From Azolla caroliniana (taxonomy: Eukaryota > Plantae > Polypodiophyta), in assembly GCA_043228905.1 (NCBI GenBank), contig JBHGNT010000021.1, forward strand, positions 9,672,001 through 9,736,000: a stretch of DNA of 64,000 nt, read 5' to 3'. A model generated the notes under the pieces. It saw only the letters and a program-made list of their open reading frames with translations, had not been told where the DNA came from and did no database searches. This document shows, one piece after another, positions 37,341 through 50,538 of the stretch. Within the stretch, counting starts at the first letter, position 1. Every line of letters starts with the position of its first letter. A program made the translations under genes and the position numbers.

Positions 37341-38234
37341 TACCGGACCTTCTGGGCCATTCCAGATAAACAACGAAGGACTTCGAGGCTGCAAACCCCA
37401 TCTTACACAACCCATGCGTGATTTTCGAATGCCAAGCACGGGGGGCTGGATCATGTAGACCCGTTCTTCAAGATCACCTTGACGAAATGCATTCTTCACA
37501 TCCATTTGGTGAAGATGCCACCCCCTTTCCGTAGCAACCGCTAGCACCACACGAACCTATTGAGCAACAAGCTCAACAAAAGCATATTGTGCATATTGGT
37601 AAGTGAGATCTTCTATAGTAGCTATTGGGAAATTTGCTACTATTAGGCATGTGGGTAAAATAGCTATTTAGCTATTCACAACCGATTTAGCTAGTCACAA
37701 CTAATTAGCTACTCATAGCTAATTAGGTGCATATGTAAGTCATGTTGAGAGATCGATGCTCCGATTAACCTTCACCACTCGGCCACAACCGAGTAAGCGC
37801 GAATCAAATACAGCAGAAAATAGGAACCACAGAGAAAGGACACGATTACACAGAGATTAACGTGGAAAACCCTAGACGGGAAAAACCACGGGAGTCCAAG
37901 ACTCCAAACGAACTATGCACAGAGAAGTATACAAATGGCGAGCTGCAAGGCGACGACCTTGAGCTCGTTGTCCTCGCCACAGGCGGCGGAAATACACAGA
38001 GGCGTCGACCTCTTCCTCTCTCACGCTCTATCTCTCTCGCTCTCACGGCTGCTCTCTCTTCACTCCACTAGAGTGGAAAAACAGAAAAATGATAAGCAAC
38101 AACTCTTAACTGTTTGCCCTAAGTCATATTTATACACATATGACTTTCGGGCTATTTACAAATATCGCCTCAAGGGCTCTTGGCAAACATATTCACAAAT
38201 ATGTCCCCGCATCCGGATCTCTCACCGGGTACAT

Positions 38235-38368
38235 TCGTCATCCGGCTCCGTAACCGGGGTCTTCATCATCCGGCTCTGTAGCCAGGGTATTCATCATCCG
38301 GCTCCGTAGCCGGGGTCTTCATCATCCGGCTCCGTAGCCGGGGTCTTCATCATCCGGCTCCGTAACCG
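38235..38368. repeat. 28-bp tandem repeat (~4.8 copies) in LTR U3; also at ~43037-43170
   Basis: Unit TCATCATCCGGCTCCGTAGCCGGGGTCT. Confidence 0.9.
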
Positions 38369-38439
38369 CAACCGGGCTTGCCGTCATTCATCTCCGGACA
38401 TCCCATCCGGAGGGACCGAAATCCCAACAAACTCCCCCT

Positions 38440-41400
38440 TCACTTCGGCATGGGATGTCTCTCCAATCCGATCCTCTTCCGGCATGCTTCCAGCTTGTCG
38501 GGTGTGAGCACCTTGGTCAGCATATCCGACCCGTTCTCGTCCGTGTGGACCTTCGTCAGCACGAACTCCTTGTCTTCTATCCTTTCCCGGATCCAGTGAT
38601 ATCTTCGCTGGATGTGCTTCGTCCGGGAGTGATAGGCCGCGTTCTTCACAAGGTAGATGGCACTCTGACTGTCGCAGTAGAGTCGGTACTCCTCCTGCTG
38701 GATACCGAGCTCTCTAATGAAGTCCTTCATCCATATTATTTCCTTGCCGGCTTCAACGGCCGCCATGTACTCCGCCTCCGTGGTTGACAACGCAACCGTC
38801 TTCTGCAGCCTCGACTGCCATGAAACAGCTCCCCCTGCATACGTCATCACATACCCTGATGTGGACCGGCTGGTATCTGCATCAGCCGACATATCCGAAT
38901 CGGTAAAGCCGTCGAGTTCGGGCTTACCGGAGCCGAATCGGAGGCACACGTTTGCCGTGCCCTTCAGGTATCGGAGTATCCATTTGGCCGCGTTCCAGTG
39001 CTCCTTGCCGGGATTGCTCATGTACCGGCTCACCACTCCGACTGCGTATCCTATGTCCGGTCTTGTACACACCATTGCGTACATCAAGCTTCCGACGGCA
39101 GAGGCATATGGTACTTTCATCATGTCCTCTTTCTCAGCCTTTGTCTTGGGGCTTTGCTTGCTGGACAACTTGCAGTTTGCCGGGAGGGTTGATCCGACCG
39201 GTCTTGCTTCCGACATGTTGAACCGGTGAAGCACCTTTGTTACGTACTTCTCCTGTGACAGCCACAACTGCTTCTTCTTCCGGTCTCGGATGATGTGCAT
39301 CCCTAGTATTTGCCTCGCCGGACCTAGGTCCTTCATTGAGAAGGTTCGGTGAAGAGCTTTCTTCAACATTCGTATCTTGCCCTGGTCCCGTCCGACGATC
39401 AACATGTCGTCCACGTACAGGAGGAGTATTAGAGAGTCTCCTCCTTCGAACTTCTTCACAAACACGCAGTGATCGGACTGCGTTTTGTGGTACCCTTCGT
39501 CGGTCATGAAGGAGTCGAACTTCCGGTACCATTGCCGGGGAGCCTGCTTCAGTCCGTAAAGGCTCTTCTTCAACCGGCATACCAGGTGCTCCTTCCCTTT
39601 CTTCTCGAATCCTTCCGGTTGCTACATGTAGATCTCTTCTTCGAGGTCACCGTGAAGGAATGCCGTCTTCACGTCCATCTGTTCTACCTCGAGGTCCATG
39701 CTTGCCGCTATGCTCAGCACCGTCCGGATGGAGGTCATCTTCACTACCGGGGCAAATATCTCGTCGAAGTCGACGCCCTTCTTCTGCTGAAACCCCTTCA
39801 CCACGATCCTGGCTTTGTATCTCGGGGGGTTTTCGGCATCTCCCGGTTTCAGCTTGAACACCCACTTGTTTCGAAGTGCCCGCTTTCCTTTCGGCAACTC
39901 CACAAGTTCATATGTGTGGTTCTCATGCAGGGAATCCATCTCGTCCTGCATGGCTCTCAACCACCTGCGGCTCTGGGTGTCATGCTTTGCTTCTTCAAAG
40001 CTCTCCGGCTCCCCCTCGTCGGTTAGCAGCACGTGCTCTGGTTCCGGAAATCTCCGGGGGGCCCTTCTCTCTCTTAGAGGATATCTCCGTTCCGAAGCTT
40101 CGGTAACCGGCTCCTCCGTTTCCTCTTCATCCGAATCCATTTCGGGATCGGGGCCGGTTCCGGTATCAGTTTCATTTTCCTCGGCCGGTTCTGTTTCTTC
40201 ACCGTCTTCGGCCGGATCCTCGAGTGCTAACCGGTCCCTTGCCGGTCGGGACTGCTCCTCGTAAAGTTGATCCTCACCGGTCGACTTGGAGCTCTTCATC
40301 TTCTTCTCCGACTCCCAGTCGGCGAGTGTCTTGTTCTCCATGAAGATGATATCACGACTCCGGAATATCTTCTTGTCGACCGGGTCCCATACTCGGTAGC
40401 CGAACTCGTCATCGCCGTAACCGAGGAATATGCATGGCCGGGTCTTTGGATCTAGCTTTCCTCTCCGGTCCTTTGCCACATGCACGTATGCGAGACACCC
40501 GAACACCTTCAGATGCCGGTAGGACACTTCCTTACTGGTCCACACTTTCTGCGGCGTGTCTCCGTCCAAAGGCACTGAGGGTGATCTATTTATCACATAC
40601 GTCGCCGTCGACATTGCCTCAGCCCAAAATCCCTTGGGTAATTTCGCATGCGCCAGCATACTCCGGACCCTCTCCATTATGGTCCGGTTCATCCTCTCGG
40701 CCAGCCCATTCAGTTCCGGCGTCTTCGGCACAGTAAACTCGAGCCGGATTCCCTTCGAGCGACAGTACTCCTGGAACTGCCCCCGGTATTCCCCTCCGTT
40801 ATCCGCTCGTATCGCTTTCAGCTTCTTGCCGGATTCTCTTTCCACTCTCGCGTGGAGTTCTTTGAAGACGGACAATACTTGGTCCTTTGTCTTCAACGGT
40901 GCCGTCCACAGCTTCCGGCTGTGGTCATCAATGAATGTCACGAAGTACTGGGCTCCGCCATGTGACTTCGTTTCTACTTGACACACGTCAGTGTGCACCA
41001 ACTCTAATGGTGCACTACGTCTCGTCGGTGGCCTTGAGTGGAAGGAGGTCCGGTTTTGCTTACCGGCCAGACAGTCGGTGCACTTCTCCAGATGCACATG
41101 CTTCACTGGAATAAGGTTGTCTTCTGCAAGCCTCTTCATCCCCTTCTCACTCATGTGGCACAGGCTTTTGTGCCACAGCTCACCGGCAGTGTCGGCTGCC
41201 ACATTCAGCTCTTCCGGACATAACCGGGCATTCATCAGGTACAGTGTGTTGACTTTCCGGGCCCGAGCCACTATCAGGCTCCCCTTGCTGAACTTCATTA
41301 CGCCGTTCCGGATGCTACCTGTGTAGCCTTCATCGTCTAGCCTCCCGGCCGAAATCAGGTTCAATCGAACCTCCGGAACGTGTCGCACATCCTTCAGTAG

Positions 41401-42513
41401 CATCTTGCATCCGGTTGATGTCATCAGCCACACGTCTCCTATGCCGGCTATCCGGCACGTACCTTCATTTCCCATCCGGACACAGCCGTGCTCACCGGCT
41501 GTGTAGGATGAGAAGTATTTCTTCTCCGGGGTCAGGTGGAACGACGCTCCGGAATCGACCACCCAGGTCATCTCTTCACCGGCAAGGTTCAGCTCCGACT
41601 CTTCGGTAATGAGCATTATCTCTTCTTCACTTGCCGCGAGTGCCGTCGTTCCTTTCCGGTCCTGCCCTCGCCGATCCGGACCTCTCCGGTCCGTGGCTCC
41701 CCGGTATGCACCGTTTCTCTCCGGTGACTTCTTCGAATCGGTGTCGTCGGCTCCGTTGTCCTTTCGGTAATGCCGACAATTCTTCCGGAAATGCCCCGGC
41801 TTCCCACAGTGGAAGCATGTGGGTCTTCCTCTTGACTGCGACCGGGTCCCCGACTTCTCCCGTCTTTGCGGACTCCGGTTCCAATGTCTTCCCCGTTCCG
41901 ATTCGGTAAGCAGCGCCTTCGAGTCGGAGGCCGGTTCTTTATCTCTCCGACGCGCTTCTTCGTTCAAAATACTTGTCTTTACCGTTTGTAGGGACAAGTT
42001 GTCTTCCGTGCAGGAGGTGCTGAGAGTCACGACCAAGTTCTCCCAGCTTTCCGGCAATGTACACATCAGAATGATGGCTTGCATTGCATCCTCCAACGGG
42101 AACTTGATCGCCGCAAGCTGGTTCACGAATCCCATGAACGTGCTCACGTGTTCCACCATATTCTCGCCGTCCCGGTACTTGAGGTTCACTATTTTCCTCA
42201 TCAGGGAGGTCCGGTTCAACGCATTCTTCCTCTCGTAGAGGCCCGACAGCTTCTTCCACATCTCATATGCGTTGGTGTCGTTCGCCACATGTTGTAGGAC
42301 GCTTACATCGACATATTGCCGAATCGTCGCTACGGCTTTCCGGTTCAGGAGCTTCCACTCCGACTCTATTACTCCCTTGGGTATCTCGGCATTGTCGATC
42401 GGTTCGTACAGGTCTCGGACGATGAGAAGGTCTTCCATCTTTATCTTCCAGTCGGCGTAGTTCTGTGAGTTCAACACCATCATGCCCGGAGGCCCACTAC
42501 CGCCGCCTTCCAT
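38440..42513 (-). CDS. Gag-Pol polyprotein (1358 codons) with one in-frame TAG at 39622-39624
   Basis: ORFs 39622-42513 and 38440-39573 are in frame; CFHCGKPGHFRKNC, WVVDSGAS, LVHTDV, NGLAERMN, YVDD, FTDSD, TKHIQRRYH. Confidence 0.95.
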
Positions 42514-45500
42514 TTTCTGGGTTACCGTCGCTCTGATACCAGTTTGTTGAGAGATCGATGCTCCGATTAACCTTCACCACTCGGCCACAACCGAGTAAGC
42601 GCGAATCAAATACAGCAGAAAATAGGAACCACAGAGAAAGGACACGATTACACAGAGATTAACGTGGAAAACCCTAGACGGGAAAAACCACGGGAGTCCA
42701 AGACTCCAAACGAACTATGCACAGAGAAGTATACAAATGGCGAGCTGCAAGGCGACGACCTTGAGCTCGTTGTCCTCGCCACAGGCGGCGGAAATACACA
42801 GAGGCGTCGACCTCTTCCTCTCTCACGCTCTATCTCTCTCGCTCTCACGGCTGCTCTCTCTTCACTCCACTAGAGTGGAAAAACAGAAAAATGATAAGCA
42901 ACAACTCTTAACTGTTTGCCCTAAGTCATATTTATACACATATGACTTTCGGGCTATTTACAAATATAGCCTCAAGGGCTCTTGGCAAACATATTCACAA
43001 ATATGTCCCCGCATCCGGATCTCTCACCGGGTACATTCGTCATCCGGCTCCGTAACCGGGGTCTTCATCATCCGGCTCCGTAGCCAGGGTATTCATCATC
43101 CGGCTCCGTAGCCGGGGTCTTCATCATCCGGCTCCGTAGCCGGGGTCTTCATCATCCGGCTCCGTAACCGCAACCGGGCTTGCCGTCATTCATCTCCGGA
43201 CATCCCATCCGGAGGGACCGAAATCCCAACAAGTCACTTATATACTTAGGTAAAAAGTAAGAGAGAAGTAGAATAGTGAGAAAGACAGAAAACAGACGAG
43301 AGAGGTTCTCTCTGTGTGTAATGAAATAGAAGCTTTTGGGTTTCTACAAATGTAAGTCTCCTTTTCTGTCTTGAGCACACTAAATGATCCAGTACATCAC
43401 GATCCGCTGTGCTCAAAGAAGAGCCAGAGTGCCTTCATAACATGGTATCAGAGCAGAGTTGTTCATACAAAGGAACAATACAAACGTGAGAAGTTTGGTT
43501 CTGGTTGCTCTTCTGAATCAGAGAGTTCCTTGTGAAGTTAATCGTAGCACAAGCCCTCATTTGAAAGAGAGAATGGTTGTTGAGAATGGAAGCCAAATAG
43601 TCACAGAAAAGTTGGACAAAAACAATTTCCCTGCGTGGAAATTCAGAATGACAAATTTCCTGATGGGAAAAGGATACTGGGATTACATTGAAGGAGACCT
43701 AGAAGCGACTCTAGAGATCCCTGAAGAAAATGCAACAACTGCACAGATTAAAGCATTTAAGGAATGGAATCAATGAGCAAGGAAAGTATTGCATTGGTTG
43801 TCACTTAGCATCTCAGATTCGATGCTTGGACACATACATGATGCTTTTCTTCCAAAAGAAGCTCCAGACAGTTTCGTAAAACTGTTTGCAGTAAACACAA
43901 AAGCTAGAAAGCTTCAGTTGAAGACTGAGCTAAATACCTTGGAGAAAGGTAAGATGTTAGTTAATGAGTATGCTCTGAAAATAAAGAGCATATGTAAGTC
44001 ACTTGCTTCTATTAATGTAAAGGTAGAAGATGATGATAAGGTGGAAATATGCTTAAGAGGTTTAGGACCTCAATATAAAAGCTTCAAAACATCTATTCTC
44101 ACAAGGGATAACATCCCAAGTTTTCCAGATCTAGTTTCAATGCTTGTAGTGGAAGAACGAAATTAGATGGATGATGTAAACAAAGGAAACTCTGAGACTA
44201 AGGGGCAAGCCATCTACAATAGTGCTGGAAGAGGCCGAGGAAGAGGCCATGGAACATTTGGTTCAGCTAGAACCAACAACAATTATCAAGGAAGAGGACA
44301 ACAAGCTACAAGTGGAAGAAACAACATTAGAGGCAAGGGGAGCAATCGAGGCAGAGGTAAGCAAAATTATTTGAATGATGATGGTTGTTGGTATTGTGGA
44401 AAACCAGTCCATACATAGGCTGAATGCTATAAAAAGCAAAATGATGAAAAAAGAGGGAAGAGACAGCAAAATAATTATGCTTCAACTAGTGAAGACTGTG
44501 ATAAAGATGGTGCATTTGTGATGCAACATGAAACAACAACAATGGCTGAATGTTCACAGAGATGTAATGAAGATTTTATGTGGTATGTAGATTCTGGGGC
44601 ATCTAATCATATGATAGGACATGCAAATGGTTTGAAAGTTTAAGAGAACCAAAGATGTATGGTTATGTACAAACAGGTGATAACACCACTCATACAATCG
44701 AGCATGTTGGAGATATCCTATTGTGGGAAGAAAAAGGAAAAACAAAGTTTATGTTGAATGTGATGCATGTTCTAAACCTTTCAATAAACAGGTGATAACA
44801 CCACTCATACAATCGAGCATGTTGGGGCATCTAATCATATGATAGGACATGCAAATGGTTTGAAAGTTTAAGAGAACCAAAGATGTATGGTTATGTACAA
44901 ACAGGTGATAACACCACTCATACAATCGAGCATGTTGGAGATATCCCATTGTGGGAAGAAAAAGGAAAAACAAAGTTTATGTTGAATGTGATGCATGTTC
45001 TAAACCTTTCAATAAATCTGATTTCTGTTGGATAGATAGTAGAGCAAGGAATGCAAGTTAAGTTTAAGCAAAGTGAGTGCTTTATAGAGAAACAAGGAAA
45101 GCTTATTCCAAAAGGAAATTGACAAGGAAGGAGGTTTGTGTTAGATGTGGATATGCCTAAAAAGATTACAACCATGTTTGCATAAGGAATGAGTGTAATC
45201 TCAAATGTGGAAATGTGGCATAAAGGAATCGGTCACATAAGTATGCAAACCCTGAAAAATATGTTGAGGAAAAATGCAGTGGCTGGATTGCCTAAGTTCA
45301 AAGACTGTGAGATGAGCAAAATATGTGAAGGATGCCAATATGGAAAGCAAAATAGGTTACCTTTCCCTCATGAAAGACATGTAAGTAAAAATTTGTTGGA
45401 TTTGGTACATACAGATGTATGGGGACCAACAAAAAAATGCATCAATTAGTGGATGTAGGTTTTATGTAACATTTATTGATGATTGCTCAAGGAAAACATG

Positions 45501-48500
45501 TGTTCTTGTTGGACATTCAGAGGAGCAAAAAGGGTATAGATGTTATAACCCTTTGACAAAAAAGATTTTAGTAAGCCGTGATGTAATATTTGATGAGTTG
45601 GACAGCTAGTACAACCCAAAAGAAAATGTAGAAACTGATGAAGACTGTGAAAATGAAGACAGGAACAAATCTGAAAATGGAAGTGATAACCATGGAAATG
45701 GAAGCAATGTTGGACAACAAAGTTCAACATCAATAGAATGTTCCGGACCATCTAAAAACTCAAGTAGTAAATCTGATTCGAATGCATGGAGTGGAAACAA
45801 TGCAGGACAAAAAATATGATGATAGAAAGGGAAAACAGAAGATGCTAGAATATGAAATGGTTGATGAAGGATCTAGAAACATGGAAGATGTAGATTCAGA
45901 TACATCATTGGATGATGTGTTGGGTATACGAGGCTTGAAAATTCCTGGTATGGAAAAAGCAATGAAGGATGCAAATAAGAAACTGAGAAGATTTGATAGA
46001 CAGAAAAAAACATTTGAAAGATTTGGTTACGAAACATACATGGCAATGCATTATGCATACATGTCTAAAGTGGTACAAATCCCTGATCCAAATAGTTTTG
46101 ATGAAGCAAAAGCTAGGAAGAAATGAGTGAATGCAATGCAAGAAGAAATGGATGCATTGGCTGAAAATAGAACATGGGATTTGGTAAAGTTACCAAAAGG
46201 AAAAAATGTTGTAGGTTGCAAATGGGTCTACAAAACAAAGCATGATTCCAATGGGAATGTAAGTAGACATAAAGCAAGACTTGTGGCAAAGGGATATGCC
46301 CAGATGCAAGGAATTGATTATTATGAAACATTTGCACCGATTGCAAAAATGGCAACCTTGAGGACACTACTTGATATAAGTGCAGCCAAAGGATGGTTTC
46401 TGCACCATATGGATGTAAAAACTGCCTTTTTACATGGTAATTAGAAGAAGAAGTGTATTTGTCAACCACCAGGTTTTGACGATAAGAAGCATCTAGACTA
46501 TGTTTGTAAGCTGAGAAAGGCTCTCTATGGACTAAAAAATTGCCTTCAAAATGTCAAAAGCTTATCCTTCATTGTATGTAAAGAAGATAAATGATTGCAT
46601 TGTTTTTATCTTGATATATGTAGATGATTTAATCATCAGAGATGATTTTATGGATGAAATAAGGAAGCTAAAGAAAAATCTTGAAATGCTATTTTATATG
46701 AAAGATCTGGGAGATTTGAGATACTTTCTTGGTATTGAGATGATCAAATCTGAAAGTGGTATATATATGTTGCAAAAACAGTATGCAACAACTATGTTGA
46801 AGAAGTATGGTATGCTTGGATGCAAACCTATTGATGTACCACTAGATAAGAACTGCAAATTGAGCACTGATTTGGGAGCCAAAATAGAAGATGTAAACAT
46901 GTACAAATCTATGGTGGGCAGTCTCATATATTTGACTATAACAAGACCTGATTTGAGTTATATTGTTGGATTAATCAGCAAGTTTATGCAATAGGCAGCA
47001 AAGCCAGATTTGGACTGCATTAGAAGATTCTTGACGTACGTAAAAGCTACTAAGAACTATGGACTGTTTTACAGGGTTGATCTAAACATAAAGCTGGAAG
47101 GATATACAGATGCTGATTAGGCTGGAAGCCAAATTGATAGAAGATCCACAAGTGGATATATGTTTACATTGGGAAGTGCAACTATTTCATGGAGTAGCAA
47201 GAAACAAGCTACTATTGCATTATCAAGTACTGAAGCTGAATATAAAGGAGTTGCAATAGTCACTTGTGAAGAGGTATGGATCAGAAGATTGCTTGCTGAT
47301 TTGGGAGAGTATATGGATGGTGCAATCACGATTTGGTGTGACAATATGAGCAACATTTAGCTCTCAAAAAACCAAGTGTTCCATGCAAGAACAGAACACA
47401 TTGAAGTGGATTATCACTTTGTTAGAGAAAAAGTGATTGATGGAGAAGTGGATCTGTTGTATGTAAGCACAAATCAGCAACTTGCTGATATTCTTACGAA
47501 GGGATTGAGCATGGAAAAACATACACAGTTTAGGGACATGATGGGATTATAACCATTGGTATGATAGTTGAAAAGCATGAAGAAAAGAAGAATGAAGATG
47601 ATCTCAAGAAAGGATAAGTTGAGCTTGAGGAGGAGTGTTGAGAAACAAGCTCAACAAAAGCATATGGGAAAGAACTAATTAGGCATGTTGGTAAAACAAC
47701 TATTGAGCTACTCACAACTATTTAGCTATTCACAACTATTTAGCTACTCACAGCTAATTAGCTGCATATGTAAGTCACTTCAATACTTAGGTAAAAAGTA
47801 AGAGAGAAGTAGAAGAGTGAGAGAGGCAGAAAAAACAGAAAACAGACGAGAGTGGTTCTTTCTGCGTGTAATGAAATAGAAGCTTTTGGGTTGCTACAGA
47901 GGTAAGTCTCCTTCCCCCTTCCTTTTCTGTCTTGATCACACTAAATGATCCAGTACATCACGATCCGCTGTGCATAAAGAAGAGCCGGAGTGCCTTCGTA
48001 ATAGAACCGTCGTCATCTTCGCTACCAGAGTGAAGGATTCTTCGTAGTCGATTCTGTGGGTCTGCGCATATCCTTTGGCCACTAGGTGGGCTTTGTACCA
48101 GTTGACCGAATCATCGACATTGTATTTCACCTTGAACACCCATTTGCAACCGATTGGTTTGTAGTGTCAGGGAGGGTTAACCAGGTCCCATGTGTTGTTG
48201 GCATCAAGTGCCTGCATCTCTTTCGCCATTGCGGCACACCAATTCACATCTTCTGCCGCCTCTGCGTAGCTCTCCAGCTCACGTACTTCCACTACCTTTG
48301 TCATGTATGCATAATGATGTACCATATACTCGTTGTACCCATATTGTTTGATGGGGTTCTTTTGGCGGGTTGATCGGCTTAACTTCTTGTTATCTAATTT
48401 TGAGGCCTTTTTGGCCAACTCGGACTTCGTAACCGAAGGTCTGTCTTTGTTCCTTCCGAAATCGGATTCGCTCTGATCTAACTCGTCTCTACTAGAGTCG

Positions 48501-50538
48501 TATTCTAACATCTTCTTCTTCCCTTTTTCCTTGCGCGTGATCCGTCTCCTCGGCTCCTTCTGTGGGGAAAGCACAACAGAGCCTCCACTACTCTCCGGCA
48601 TGTGATCTAACTGGTCGTTCTGACTCAGTTGCTCATTCAGCCCGCTCAGCCGAAATGAGATTTGACTCTCACCTAGAGTACGAACTCCTCTTCTTCTTCT
48701 ACTCAAATTGTTTCAGGCTCATTGGCCTCATCGTCCGGAATTGGGTCGGAGTTGGGGGTCGATGTTAGTAAAGTGTCCCACGATGCCGACTCGTCAAATT
48801 CGACATCTCGGCTTACTTAGACTTCCTTTGTCTGGGGATTCTAACACTTGTAACCCTTTCTCTCATGTGAGTAGTCAGCTAGTACGCACTGCTCCAACTT
48901 GGGATCTAGTTTTCTCCGTTTTTCATCCGGTACGTGCACATAGGCTATGCTACCGAATATCCTAAGGTGGCTTAAATTCGGCTACCGCCCGAAATACAAC
49001 TCGTTTTTCATTCGGCTTTTCCAAAAATGAGAACCACTCTTCGTGGCTCGTCATGTGATTAGACGCTCCGGAGCCAACGTACCACACTTCCTCCGATCCG
49101 GAAGTGGTTTTCTTCATCAAGTTCGACATGTTTTTCATCACAAAGAGCTTTGCCAGTTCCCTTGTCTAGTCTTGCTGGATCTGGATTTATTCGAATCAAC
49201 ATGCTTCTTCCAGCACTCGCTCTCCCGGTGGCCCTTCTTGCTACAATATTAGCATTCCGTGTCGTCCTTCCCTTGCTAGTTTCCGGCGCTGATTTGACTC
49301 GCCTTGCTTGTGGAGGGTCCGGAACTGTTGTTAGCACTATGTCTGTGCCTCTCGTTTTGCTCCTGCCAGCCGCTGCTATTACGTGCCGAGCCACCTCGTC
49401 CTCCACGCCCACGAGGACGATCTGCCTCCATGTACAACATCCGGCTATCTGATTGAGTGGTCCTCGATCCACTCACGTGGTTTCTTCGACCATCAACATC
49501 GATTGCAAGTCGAAGAAGGATTGTCCCTACCATTGTGCTAGACCACCAAGGTAGATCTGGACCATCTCGGCTTCGTCCACTGTCACATTGATGGACCCGA
49601 GGACATCGCAGATCTCCTTGATCGTGGTGGTGTAGTCGGTAACCGTTATGTCTCGTTGTGGATATTGTTGAGCTCTTGCTGGAGCTACAACTTCCAAGCC
49701 GTGGTACTTGTGACGAAAATCTTCCAGAGATTTTCCTAGGCCTCGTTCGGTGACTTTGCATCTCTGATGTAGCGAACATCTACTCGTGCACACGAGACAC
49801 ACGACAATACAACAATTTGCTCGCTCCTTGCTCCCATACCGGAAAGTTCTTGTGTGCCTAATTTGGCGCTACATCATTTGTTGCTTCCATGTAGCTCTAG
49901 TATCCATGCCCCAATAGGTATTGGTGCATTTTATACAACCAATATGCATAGTTACTCCAATCGAGTTTTTCTTTAGTAAGCGAACTCGCCATGCTTCTAT
50001 CCATATCTTTCTGCTCTCTTCTGTTCTTTACCGGTGATTAGGGTTTGTCTGATTCGAGCAGTTGTCGGCAGTAGAGGTTCTCAACCCTCGAGCTTTTATA
50101 CCAAATAAAGATTAATATGCGGAAGCTTGTAGATGAAACCAACTTACCCGGATAGCAATAGAAAACAGAAAACAAGGTTTAATGGAACCTTGAATGCATG
50201 GGAGAGATAGAGAGAGAGCAGAACATAAACTCAATTCAAAATAATAACAGTCTCTCTATAGACATGTCCCATAGAAAACTTTTTATACAAGTCCTTAAAG
50301 GACTGATAGAAGTACTGACATCTACTTCCTCAAACAAGTGACTGACACTAACTCCAAGGAATATTCCTATGTACTAGGCTAGATCCATAGGCCTCTAACG
50401 GCCTACCGGTTACAATCCAATCCGTCTCTCCAATCCGGCTCTAGGTTCCGGATACTGATCCGCCATCCTATCCGGTTCTTCATTCCAGCTCTGGCTTATT
50501 CAACCGATCCGGATCCGGTTGAGCTTTTCCGCTCAACA

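Larger units (their letters stand above)
37743..43231 (-). mobile_element. Very young full-length Tnt1/Tork-like copia element
   Basis: 687-bp LTRs 37743-38429 and 42545-43231 with two differences noticed by eye, TSD AGTCA, PBS 42530-42541, PPT 38430-38439. Confidence 0.98.
37558..48003 (+). mobile_element. Copia B1 (AT-rich family), full-length but degenerate, 5' LTR interrupted
   Basis: 5' LTR 37558-37742 plus 43237-43442, PBS 43443-43454, gag-pol ~43573-47617, 3' LTR 47636-48003, TSD GAACC. Confidence 0.93.
37341..50538 (-). mobile_element. Copia A4, internally deleted, present as 48004-50538 and 37341-37557
   Basis: LTR ~50104-50538, degenerate PBS 50092-50103, gag and RT fragments; RT reads [13 protein letters not shown] when B1 is excised. 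Confidence 0.88.

Noticed and set aside
36869-37369. 166-aa ORF with SLSLSL run
   Set aside because: Translation of an LTR containing a (CT)n microsatellite.
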